From positions 17,490-81,489 of the forward strand of contig JAUNUI010000012.1 of assembly GCA_030538255.1 (NCBI GenBank): a stretch of 64,000 nt of DNA, given 5' to 3'. The notes beneath the pieces were generated by a model. It did not search any database. It saw only the letters and a program-made list of their open reading frames with translations, and was not told the DNA's origin. The DNA is from Pelistega sp. (GTDB taxonomy: Bacteria > Pseudomonadota > Gammaproteobacteria > Burkholderiales > Burkholderiaceae_B). A program made the translations under genes and the position numbers. Of this stretch, positions 20,453 to 28,897 are shown piece after piece (the stretch's first letter is position 1; each line of letters begins with the position of its first letter).

Positions 20453-21520
20453 ATGAAAATTGGTATTGCGGGTGCAGGACTATGTGGTCGTTTAGTGGCT
20501 TTTCTAATGGCACAGCAAGGTCACTCAGTGAGTGTCTTTGACCCAGCGAGTGGTCCGACGGACCCAGCCGCGGCAGCCTTCACTGCAGCAGGCATGTTAA
20601 GTCCCTTAGCTGAACTTGAAACCGCGGATGAGAACGTCTATCGCTTTGGCGAGCGCTCAGCCTCATTATGGACGCATATCATTCCTAAATTGAGTCTACC
20701 GGTTGAACTCCTCTTTCGTGGCAGCTTGATGCTGGCGCACCGCGGTGATGAAGGTGCGGCACAACGCATAATTTCCTTAATTACCCGCAAAGCACCCGAT
20801 AATAAGTTGCCTGTTTTACTCAGTCGTGAGCAATTAGCCAATGAGGAGCCTGGCATTCAAGGTCCAGCCCATGCTTGGCTCTTACCTGATGAAGGGCAGA
20901 TTCATACGCGTCAAGCTATGCAAGCCTTAGCGGCCTCCTGCCCTGATACCCATTGGCATTGGCAAGAGAAAGTTGTCACACTCGGTCCCGGCAAGATTCA
21001 TACCGAACATGAGGTACATAACTTTGACTGGGTATTTGATACACGTGGTGTGGGTTCGCGTGAAGTGAAATACCCGAATACACAAACCCTATCATGTCAG
21101 AATGTGCGCGGTGTCCGTGGTGAAGTGCTCGGCCTGCATGTGCCTGGCTTGACTCTAACGCGGCCCGTGCGCTTACTACATCCACGCTATCGTGTATATA
21201 TGGTGCCACGCAAGCCTGATGAGCTAGTCATCGGTGCCAGTGAAATCGAGAGTGAAGACCGCTCACCTATCTCGGTGCGTACCACGATTGAATTATTGAC
21301 TGCCGCCCATAGCGTCTTGCCAGAAATCGCGGAAGCACGTATTATCAGAACTGAAACCAATCTACGTCCTGCGCTCATCGATAATCTACCACGCGTAGAA
21401 TCTGAGCAAGGTCTAACGCGTATTAATGGTTTATTCCGTCACGGCTGGTTAATTGCACCAGCTACTGTAGAACAAGCCTTGCAATCTGTCTTAGGCGCTG
21501 ATTACCGTGTAGACTCATGA
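20453..21520 (+). CDS. thiO: glycine oxidase ThiO (FAD-dependent)
   Basis: MKIGIAGAGLCG dinucleotide fold, with an ATGA overlap onto thiS. I prefer the ATG at 20453 to the TTG at 20435. Confidence 0.8.
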   Translation: MKIGIAGAGLCGRLVAFLMAQQGHSVSVFDPASGPTDPAAAAFTAAGMLSPLAELETADENVYRFGERSASLWTHIIPKLSLPVELLFRGSLMLAHRGDEGAAQRIISLITRKAPDNKLPVLLSREQLANEEPGIQGPAHAWLLPDEGQIHTRQAMQALAASCPDTHWHWQEKVVTLGPGKIHTEHEVHNFDWVFDTRGVGSREVKYPNTQTLSCQNVRGVRGEVLGLHVPGLTLTRPVRLLHPRYRVYMVPRKPDELVIGASEIESEDRSPISVRTTIELLTAAHSVLPEIAEARIIRTETNLRPALIDNLPRVESEQGLTRINGLFRHGWLIAPATVEQALQSVLGADYRVDS

Positions 21521-21747
21521 ACCAAACCATCCATATTTTCGTCAATGGCGCCGAGCGCCTCATCTCTGTGAACACAACGCTAGCAGAGCTTGTGGCACGC
21601 TTGCAGCAAGAAGCAGGTCAAGAGAATGATCCGCAAGCCTTAGCGACCGCTGTCAATGAAATTTTTATCCCGCGCACTTCACGTGCTGATACCCTCCTGC
21701 AAGAAGGCGATCAGGTTTTTACCTTCTCACCGATTACCGGTGGTTAA
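21517..21747 (+). CDS. thiS: sulfur-carrier protein ThiS
   Basis: 76 aa ending ...ITGG. Confidence 0.85.
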   Translation: MNQTIHIFVNGAERLISVNTTLAELVARLQQEAGQENDPQALATAVNEIFIPRTSRADTLLQEGDQVFTFSPITGG

Positions 21748-21765
21748 CTTAAAGCTCACACTACT

Positions 21766-22572
21766 ATGACTTACTCACTTGCCGATGTCACATTAAAAAG
21801 TCGTTTCTTTTTAGGTACGGCCACCTACCCTTCACCGAAAGTCCTCAATGATGCGATTATCGCTTCTGAGGCACAAGTGGTCACCGTGGGTCTGAAGCGC
21901 CAATTAGCGCCGGGTCAGAACTCATTGAGTAAGAGTACAACTGATGGGGTGGATAACACCTTCTTCCAGATGCTCAGACAGTCGGGGGCACATTTACTAC
22001 CCAATACGGCTGGCTGCAAAACCGCGCGTGAAGCCATTACCTTAGCGCAGATGGCGCGTGAGATTTTCGATACGAACTGGATTAAGTTAGAGGTCATCGG
22101 TGACGATTACACCCTACAACCCGACCCGATTGCGCTCTTAGATGCCACCAAGGAGCTGATTGCCCAAGGCTTTGAGGTCTTTCCCTATTGCACCGATGAT
22201 TTAGTCACTTGCAATCGCCTGCTGGACTTAGGTTGCCGTATTCTGATGCCATGGGGCGCACCGATTGGTTCTGGTCAAGGTCTCGTCAATCCGTATGCCT
22301 TACGTGTGCTACGCGCTCGCTTACCGGAAGCTTTCTTAGTGGTGGATGCAGGTATTGGCTCGCCAATGGATGCCGTGCATGCGATGCAGATGGGCTTTGA
22401 TGCGGTATTGTTGAACTCGGCTGTGGCCCAATCACATGACCCCGTGCGTATGGCTGAGGCATTTAAATTAGCGATTCAATCTGGACGCTTAGCTTATGAA
22501 GCAGGGATTATGGCCAAGCAAGATATGGCCGTGCCAAGTACACAGGTCACGGGTCGTCCCTTCTTGCTCTAA
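21766..22572 (+). CDS. thiG: thiazole synthase ThiG
   Basis: 268 aa with ...IKLEVIGD...PYCTDD...MPWGAPIGSGQG...VDAGIG. Confidence 0.9.
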   Translation: MTYSLADVTLKSRFFLGTATYPSPKVLNDAIIASEAQVVTVGLKRQLAPGQNSLSKSTTDGVDNTFFQMLRQSGAHLLPNTAGCKTAREAITLAQMAREIFDTNWIKLEVIGDDYTLQPDPIALLDATKELIAQGFEVFPYCTDDLVTCNRLLDLGCRILMPWGAPIGSGQGLVNPYALRVLRARLPEAFLVVDAGIGSPMDAVHAMQMGFDAVLLNSAVAQSHDPVRMAEAFKLAIQSGRLAYEAGIMAKQDMAVPSTQVTGRPFLL

Positions 22573-22573
22573 G

Positions 22574-22903
22574 TTAAATCAGGTACATCCCAACACCATA
22601 GGCCACGATGCCTAGCAACATGGCAATACCGATATTCTTAGTGGCTTTCAGCGCGATACCAACAATCAAGACAGCCACCACATAAGCCCCGATATGCCAT
22701 GCGCTAGGGGCCTTATGAATTTCTGAATAGAGCACCACCGCTGTCGTGCTCGTCAATAAGGCAGGACCTAATATGGCAAAGCGACCTGAGCCTAAGCGCG
22801 AGAGCCATTTGCTTTTTTGCATAATTAAAAAAGGCACTGCCCGCGTCGCATAGGTTAAGACAGCCATGGCCGCAATGGCGGCATACATTTCCCAACTGAT
22901 CAT
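22574..22903 (-). CDS. azlD: branched-chain amino acid transport protein AzlD
   Basis: 109-aa small hydrophobic protein downstream of azlC. Confidence 0.75.
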   Translation of the reverse strand: MISWEMYAAIAAMAVLTYATRAVPFLIMQKSKWLSRLGSGRFAILGPALLTSTTAVVLYSEIHKAPSAWHIGAYVVAVLIVGIALKATKNIGIAMLLGIVAYGVGMYLI

Positions 22904-22907
22904 TGTG

Positions 22908-23063
22908 CACCTACCTTATTCTCTGGCTCGACTAACATTACCCATGCACCTACCTTATTCTCTGGCTCGACTAACATTCCCCATGCACCTGCCTTACTCT
23001 CTGGCTCGACTAGCATTCCCCATGCACCTGCCTTACTCTTTAGCTTGACTAAGATTTCCCAAT
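22908..23063 (-). repeat. 39-nt x4 tandem repeat filling the azlC-azlD gap; each unit is a Shine-Dalgarno (SD) site plus a 9-codon mini-ORF
   Basis: The units lie at 22908-22946, 22947-22985, 22986-23024 and 23025-23063. On the minus strand each reads TAAGG(C/T)AGGTGC ATG GGN AAT GYT AGT CGA GCC AGA GAR TAA. Confidence 0.95.
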
Positions 23064-23767
23064 TAACCATGTTGCACCTGCTGACTCTGTGGTGTGTAGA
23101 AGATGCAAGCCACTGCCGCGCCAACTAAGATGGCCACTGTTGACCAACCTAGGGCCGCCACAATCACACTACTGAGGGCTGCTAATAGCAAGGCTCTTAC
23201 CATAGGACCTTGAATCGTTAATAAGGTAACGGCAACGAACATGGCGGTGAGTGAGAAGCCCAAGGTCTGACCTAAGAGTGGGAATGAACGCGTAATCGAC
23301 TCACCCGCGAAGATGCCAATGGCCGTGCCTGTTAACCACGATAGCCAGGCAAATATGCCTAAACCAAAGTGCCAAGCGGTCTTGCCCTCGGGTGCAATAT
23401 CTTTTAACTTTAAATAACACACAGCAAAGACCTCATCGGTGAGATAGAACGCCTTGGCCAATCGCGTCTTTAAGCCCGGTGGGATATAGCGCTCAATAAT
23501 CGGACCATATAAGAGATGGCGCACATTAATTAAGGCCACGAGAAACACCATGGTGACGATGGGCGTACCCAATTGCAAGGAGGCCAAGATTAAGAACTGA
23601 CCACTGCCTGCATAGACAAAGAATGAAATTAAGAGCAGCTCAACAGGGCTTAGGCCCATGCTACTACCACCGACACCAAAGGCAAGGGATGCCGGAAGAT
23701 ACCCCAGCATGGTCGGCACAGCAGCCCGAATGCCTTGGATAAAATACGAAAGTTGAGATTTATGCAT
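23063..23767 (-). CDS. azlC: AzlC-family branched-chain amino acid permease component
   Basis: GYLPASLAFGVGG...SFFVYAGSGQF... The start overlaps the ATPase stop (ATGCATAA). Confidence 0.8.
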   Translation of the reverse strand: MHKSQLSYFIQGIRAAVPTMLGYLPASLAFGVGGSSMGLSPVELLLISFFVYAGSGQFLILASLQLGTPIVTMVFLVALINVRHLLYGPIIERYIPPGLKTRLAKAFYLTDEVFAVCYLKLKDIAPEGKTAWHFGLGIFAWLSWLTGTAIGIFAGESITRSFPLLGQTLGFSLTAMFVAVTLLTIQGPMVRALLLAALSSVIVAALGWSTVAILVGAAVACIFYTPQSQQVQHG

Positions 23768-24557
23768 CTCGCCAAACCACCATTGTTTTTTCTTTATTTA
23801 AAGGATGTTCCATTATATAAGCCCCGAGTCCAAACAGTCTAGACAAGTTCTCTTCGCTTAAGGCCTCTCTCGGCACAGCATCAACGAGAATCTGTCCCGC
23901 ATCGAGTAGGACCAAGCGATCGGCATAATAAGCCGCGATATTCACATCATGCAAAACCATTAAAACCCCTATCGGATGCGCGCGTGTTAATTCGCGTACG
24001 GCTCGCATTAACTCATGTTGATACTTCGGGTCTAAAGCATTCAAGGGCTCATCAAGGAACAAGTAGGAAGCGCGCTCTGGCCATAACTCACGTTGCGCTA
24101 ATACTTGCACCAAGACACGAGCGAAATGCACGCGCTGTTGCTCTCCGCCTGAGAGACTGATTAATTGGCGTTGCTGCAAACTTGGGATACCTGCCAAAGT
24201 CATGGCTTCTTGTATAAGTTGCGCGCTCTGCGTGGGTAGCAATTGCTCAAAAGGATATAAACCCATCTCCACCACTTGCGCTACGCTAAGGGCAAAAGGC
24301 ACCACGCTCTGCTGCGCTAAGACCGCACGACGCTGTGCTAATTGTTGGATTGTCAGGCCAACTTCGCCATCATAGCTTAGAGCTTCTACCTGATGTGCAT
24401 GCTCACTGCTACCCGCCAGAATATGTAAAAGCGAACTCTTACCTGCCCCATTCGCCCCTAATAAGACCACGAGCTCTGAAGGCTTGAGCGACACACTAAT
24501 TTGATCTAATACAAGGCTTTGGCCAAGTCTTAGCTGAATATTCTGTGCCTGTATCAT
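23760..24557 (-). CDS. ABC transporter ATP-binding protein (FecE/HmuV/BtuD-like)
   Basis: Walker A GANGAGKSSLL, signature LSGGEQQRV, Walker B LFLDEP. ATGA overlap with the permease gene. Confidence 0.9.
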   Translation of the reverse strand: MIQAQNIQLRLGQSLVLDQISVSLKPSELVVLLGANGAGKSSLLHILAGSSEHAHQVEALSYDGEVGLTIQQLAQRRAVLAQQSVVPFALSVAQVVEMGLYPFEQLLPTQSAQLIQEAMTLAGIPSLQQRQLISLSGGEQQRVHFARVLVQVLAQRELWPERASYLFLDEPLNALDPKYQHELMRAVRELTRAHPIGVLMVLHDVNIAAYYADRLVLLDAGQILVDAVPREALSEENLSRLFGLGAYIMEHPLNKEKTMVVWRDA

Positions 24558-25663
24558 AGACTCACCCGACTCAATTGTTGGCTGCGCCAGAGTAGATAGA
24601 TAAAGAACAGACTCCCAATTAAACCCGTTAATAAACCAATCGGCAGCTCAATCGGCGTGGCGACGGTACGCGCTAAGACATCTAGGACTACTAACACCAG
24701 AGCGCCTAAGAGCATGCTAATCGGTAAAAGCAGGCGGTGATGGGCACCAATCAATAAGCGCACACAATGTGGAACCACCAAACCGACAAAGGCTATACCA
24801 CCACTCAAGGCGACTAAAGGCCCTATCAAGAGAGCAATACATAGTAATAAGCGCCAACGGATACTGCGCATGCTATAGCCCAATTGCACTAATACACCTT
24901 CACCTAATAGCAAAGCATTGAGGATTTTCCACTGGCGCATTAAATACACGCTTAAGAGTAAGACCCAAGGTACAAGAACGGCCAAAATCGACCAGGAAGA
25001 GACGGCTAAGCTACCCATTGTCCAAAAACTTAAGTTGCGTAATTGTGCATCAGTCGCCAAATAACTTAGGCCCCCCAATAAGGCGGCTGCTAAGGCATTA
25101 ATCGCGATACCTGCTAGCAAGAGCCCTGCTGTGCCTGGATAGCGACGTCCAATCTGATAGGCCATGAACATGGCCGCTAAAGCCCCCGCAAAGGCAAAGG
25201 GATAAATCATCCAAGGGCTCATGGAGATAAACACAATCGCACTCACCGCACCTAGGCTAGCACCTGCACTCACCCCCATCAAGCCAGGCTCCGCCAGAGG
25301 ATTACGAAAGAGCGCCTGCATCACCGCGCCTGCCAAAGACAAACCAGCACCAATGAGGGCCGCGAAGACAATGCGCGGCAAGCGTATGTCCCACAGCACG
25401 GTGAGCATCTGGGGATTGATGCTAGATACCGCAGCATCAAGTGGCGAACCTATTGAAGTGTTTGAGCTTACAGACACCTTAGGATTGATCGACGTCATTG
25501 AGCCTACATCGATGCTTGAGGCCTCGGTCCATAGACCTAATGGCGCAATTAACAATCGCCACCACTGCCCTAAACTCATATCTGCCGAGCCCACCATGCT
25601 AGCTCCTAGCATCACGACTGGGAGTGCACATAAGAGCAGTAGTAAGAGAAATCGGTCTCGCAT
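24554..25663 (-). CDS. FecCD-family (type II importer) ABC permease
   Basis: RLPRIVFAALIGAGLSLAGAVMQALFRNPLAEPGLMGVSAGASLG. There is a Ser-rich extra loop with an internal SINP duplication at about 25409-25528. Confidence 0.9.
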   Translation of the reverse strand: MRDRFLLLLLLCALPVVMLGASMVGSADMSLGQWWRLLIAPLGLWTEASSIDVGSMTSINPKVSVSSNTSIGSPLDAAVSSINPQMLTVLWDIRLPRIVFAALIGAGLSLAGAVMQALFRNPLAEPGLMGVSAGASLGAVSAIVFISMSPWMIYPFAFAGALAAMFMAYQIGRRYPGTAGLLLAGIAINALAAALLGGLSYLATDAQLRNLSFWTMGSLAVSSWSILAVLVPWVLLLSVYLMRQWKILNALLLGEGVLVQLGYSMRSIRWRLLLCIALLIGPLVALSGGIAFVGLVVPHCVRLLIGAHHRLLLPISMLLGALVLVVLDVLARTVATPIELPIGLLTGLIGSLFFIYLLWRSQQLSRVSL

Positions 25664-26022
25664 AAGCTATGAGCGGCGGTGATAAAATTTTCAGTGATAA
25701 AAATTCAACAATAAAGATAGTACTTATTGTAACCCTTATTAATGATGAACAATACTCCAGATAAGCGCCTTATGCTTTAGCACGCCTAGCCTTACGCTTT
25801 ATCATCTTTTGTCTTTAAGACGATAGTTATCTACGCGTTTTAACGTATTTACGCAACACCACAGGGATTTCTTGCGCCTTTTTAAGTAAAACAATCGCTC
25901 GCCTCACGCCCAAGCCTTGGTCTAATTCCTAGCAATTTCCAATCCTATACAATATCTGACCAGTCAATAAAGTCATTAATATTCAAAGACTTGCTTAAAT
26001 CCCAATACTATTTATATAAATA

Positions 26023-26044
26023 ATATTGTGCATATGCAACATAT
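26023..26044. promoter_or_regulatory. 22-bp near-perfect palindrome (candidate operator) in the 600-bp divergent intergenic region
   Basis: ATATTGTGCAT|ATGCAACATAT, with 9/11 arm complementarity. A related TTGTG-N6-CACAA lies at 26104-26119. Confidence 0.3.
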
Positions 26045-26275
26045 TTTTTAACTGATTTCATTCAGATCAAGGTGGTATCTAGCTAAAACCCTAATGTTAA
26101 TTTTTGTGCAGTCACACAATTGTCATCATTTTCATACACTTGTTCGATTAAAATAGAAGCATAGAAGGACTTATATCTGCATGGGCGTTAAGGCACATAA
26201 TGCCAATCCGCCTCTTACAACTGTATTGTGTGGTCTTTTAAGAATACTGCGCATTAAATTCATATGGAGAAATTT

Positions 26276-27022
26276 ATGTCAAATAACCAACACGTTGCAT
26301 TAATTACAGGCGGCACGGGTGGTTTAGGTACTGCATTCGCACGTGCCCTACATGATGATGGTGTTACTGTTCTCGTGACTCGCATGCCACAAGAAGATGC
26401 GAGCGCATGGCTAAGCAAGCAAGAAGCTGATGGCTACAAATTCCAAGTATACCCAGTTGATGTAAGCGATTTCGACTCTTGCAATGCTTTAGCTGCTGCG
26501 ATTCAAGCTGACGGCCACGTTGTTGATATCTTGATCAATAACGCAGGTATCACCGCTGATGCAAGCTTTCGCAAAATGTCTAAAGAAGCATGGGATTCAG
26601 TCATCGGTGTGGACTTAGACAGCTTGTTCTATATGACTAAGCCATATATCGAAGGCATGTTAGCCAAGAACTGGGGCCGTATCATCAATATTTCTTCAGT
26701 GAACGGTAGTAAGGGCGCTTTTGGCCAAGCCAACTACTCAACCGCCAAATCTGGTGTGTATGGTTTCACTAAAGCATTAGCTTTAGAATTCGCTCGCAAA
26801 GGCATTACCGTGAACGCCGTATCTCCAGGCTATGTAAACACTGAGATGGTTGCTGCCGTACCTGAAGATGTGATGAAATCAGCGGTTCTACCACAAATTC
26901 CAATGGGTCGTTTAGGTGAGCCAGAAGAATTAGCTGCTTTAATTTCTTTCCTATGCTGCGAAAAAGCCGCTTTCATGACTGGCGCAAACATCGCTATGAA
27001 CGGTGGTCAGCACATGTACTAA
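26276..27022 (+). CDS. phaB: acetoacetyl-CoA reductase (SDR)
   Basis: ALITGGTGGLG...NNAGIT...ISSVNGSKGAFGQANYSTAKSG...VSPGYV closely follows the PhaB pattern. A GGAGA SD sits 7 nt before the ATG at 26276. Confidence 0.85.
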   Translation: MSNNQHVALITGGTGGLGTAFARALHDDGVTVLVTRMPQEDASAWLSKQEADGYKFQVYPVDVSDFDSCNALAAAIQADGHVVDILINNAGITADASFRKMSKEAWDSVIGVDLDSLFYMTKPYIEGMLAKNWGRIINISSVNGSKGAFGQANYSTAKSGVYGFTKALALEFARKGITVNAVSPGYVNTEMVAAVPEDVMKSAVLPQIPMGRLGEPEELAALISFLCCEKAAFMTGANIAMNGGQHMY

Positions 27023-27148
27023 TGGCTTAGATGTAGGCCAGTCTTGGTGGAGCTACCCGCTTCTTGAAGACTCCAAAAAAACCTACATCCTGAGCTTGCG
27101 TACACAGCAAGTTCAAGCGGATTGAAGACGTACTTGAACTTGCTCACA

Positions 27149-27191
27149 AAATCCTCTACTTCTTTTACCCAAAGAGGTAGAGGATTTTTTT
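27149..27191 (+). terminator. rho-independent terminator after phaB
   Basis: ATCCTCTAC...GTAGAGGAT followed by TTTTTTT. A second 12-bp stem (AGCAAGTTCAAG/CTTGAACTTGCT) lies at 27116-27154. Confidence 0.75.
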
Positions 27192-27279
27192 ATGGCCTCA
27201 CTTTAACCCTTAAGCCTTACTAGGCCAAGTTCCAGAGTAAGTTATTGAGGATCCCCAGCGGATACGCTCAGTTTAGCTC

Positions 27280-28188
27280 TTATGCCTTGCTGCGCCGGCT
27301 ACCCCAGACAAATATAGCGATTCCCAACCAGACCCAGACAAAACCAATAAAGCGATTCATATCGAAGGCTTCGTGGAATACAAATAAGCCCAAGAGAAAT
27401 TGAATCGTCGGTGAGATATATTGAATCATACCCATATTCGCCAAGCTAATGCGCTTAGCACCGGCCGCAAATAGCAATAAGGGCACTGTTGTAATAACCC
27501 CAGTCCCTAGCAAGATTAAGAGTGGGAAGAGGTCTAATTGCCAGAAAACCAAATCACCCTTGTGCTGAACATAGGCCAGGTAAGCTAAAGCAAAAGGCAA
27601 CATAGTAAAAGTTTCTACCGTTAGCCCTGGTAAGGCGGGCAATGGTGCTAACTTACGTAATAAGGCATATACACCGAAGGTCGCACTAATACCCAAGGAT
27701 AACCAAGGAATATCACCGTACAGAAAGATCAACCATAACACCCCTAAAGCCACCAAGCTGACGGCAATGGTTTTGACTTGTGTGAGCTTCTCTTTAAAGA
27801 AAATGCGACCGAGGACTAACGTAATCAAGGGCGACATGAAATAGCCAAGGCTAGACTGCAAGACCTCATGAATAGAGATGGCATACAAGTAAATTAACCA
27901 GTTGGCCGAAAGAATGCTGCCCGTCAGCATGATAATCAGTAAGGTACGAGGCTTTTTTAAGACAGCCAAAATCGGCCCGTATTGCTTTAGGGCGAGGATT
28001 AAAAACAGACAAAACAAGGCCGTCCAGACGACACGCTGAGCCATCATCTGCTCTGTGCTCATCATGCCTAATAAGGGCATCCAGTAAAGTGGAAAAAGCC
28101 CCCAGATTAGGTAGCACAGGACGGCATAAATTAAACCTTTCGTCGACTCAGTCTGCTGACTTAACTGAATCCTTGGCTTGGCTTTCAT
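27280..28188 (-). CDS. rarD: EamA/RarD-family transporter
   Basis: 302 aa, about 10 TM segments, RarD-like N-terminus (GLIYAVLCYLIWGLFPLYW). Confidence 0.8.
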   Translation of the reverse strand: MKAKPRIQLSQQTESTKGLIYAVLCYLIWGLFPLYWMPLLGMMSTEQMMAQRVVWTALFCLFLILALKQYGPILAVLKKPRTLLIIMLTGSILSANWLIYLYAISIHEVLQSSLGYFMSPLITLVLGRIFFKEKLTQVKTIAVSLVALGVLWLIFLYGDIPWLSLGISATFGVYALLRKLAPLPALPGLTVETFTMLPFALAYLAYVQHKGDLVFWQLDLFPLLILLGTGVITTVPLLLFAAGAKRISLANMGMIQYISPTIQFLLGLFVFHEAFDMNRFIGFVWVWLGIAIFVWGSRRSKA

Positions 28189-28202
28189 AAGAATTTCTTT
28201 GT

Positions 28203-28244
28203 AAAAAACACGTAAAAGAGCAAGCGTATATAACGCCTGCTCTT
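28203..28244 (-). terminator. rho-independent terminator of the acnD-prpF-rraA unit
   Basis: Minus strand: AAGAGCAGGCG ttatata CGCTTGCTCTT followed by TTACGTGTTTTTT. Confidence 0.65.
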
Positions 28245-28338
28245 AAAAAACATACACTTCAATTGACTCTTTTCGGATGCTAAGGAACTAGTGAATGCAA
28301 CGCACAAATAACTCCTTAGCAATCTACCTTAAGCGTAT

Positions 28339-28377
28339 CTTACAAGGCTTGCGGTAAAACTACAATATCGCCCTCAT
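28339..28377 (-). repeat. downstream copy of the rraA 3' end including its stop codon
   Basis: cttacaaggcttgcggtaaaactacaata (28339-28367) matches 28405-28433 at 28/29 positions. The copy reads ...GDIVVLPQAL-stop against the real ...DGIVVLPQAL-stop. Confidence 0.9.
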
Positions 28378-28405
28378 ATGCGCTTATCCGACTTCAGCGA
28401 ATTGC

Positions 28406-28882
28406 TTACAAGGCTTGCGGTAAAACCACAATACCATCATCATCACTGTATAAGTAATGACCAGGTATAAAGTCCACACCGCCAAAGCTGATTACAGTGT
28501 CCTGCTCGCCCTTAGCGTCTTTAGCGCTCTTACGAGGATTGGTACCGAGCGCTTTAACACTAATATCCATAGTCGCAATGAGCGCACTATCACGAATCGC
28601 GCCATTGATGATAATCCCTGCCCAGCCATTCTCCATGGCTGAGGTCGCAATCATATCACCGCATAGCGCACTATACAAAGAAGCGCCTCCATCGACTACC
28701 AAAACCGCCCCATTCCCAGGGGTGGCTAAGGTATTTTTCACCAGACCATTGTCTTGAAACACTTTCAAGGTACGAATGGGTCCCGCTGTCACACGCTTAC
28801 GACCAAACTGGCGAAACTGCGTGTCACATGAAGGGGCATCAGGTACGGCATCAATCACATCACATGTTGGCATGGCAGTCAT
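28406..28882 (-). CDS. rraA: RraA-family protein (RNase E regulator / HMG-CHA aldolase-oxaloacetate decarboxylase fold)
   Basis: 158 aa with ...LVVDGG...ALCGDMIATSAMENGWAGIIINGAIRD. Confidence 0.8.
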   Translation of the reverse strand: MTAMPTCDVIDAVPDAPSCDTQFRQFGRKRVTAGPIRTLKVFQDNGLVKNTLATPGNGAVLVVDGGASLYSALCGDMIATSAMENGWAGIIINGAIRDSALIATMDISVKALGTNPRKSAKDAKGEQDTVISFGGVDFIPGHYLYSDDDGIVVLPQAL

Positions 28883-28897
28883 CTTGAATCTCCTCAG

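Noticed and set aside
22866-23124. ORFs 22866..23048 (+, HLPYSLARL repeats) and 22900..23124 (-, 74 aa) across the 39-nt repeat.
   Set aside because: These open frames are a trivial consequence of a repeat period divisible by 3. They overlap the azlC and azlD termini and have no independent start context. Only the 9-codon minus-strand mini-ORFs have SD-like sites.
25664-25990. Cobalamin riboswitch or Fur box upstream of the FecCD/FecE-type operon.
   Set aside because: No B12-box-like sequence (AGYCMGGAGACCKGCC) appears on the minus strand. The only iron-box-like element is a direct repeat of TGATAAAA (25680-25704), which fits the 19-bp Fur consensus poorly and lies within 20 nt of the start codon.
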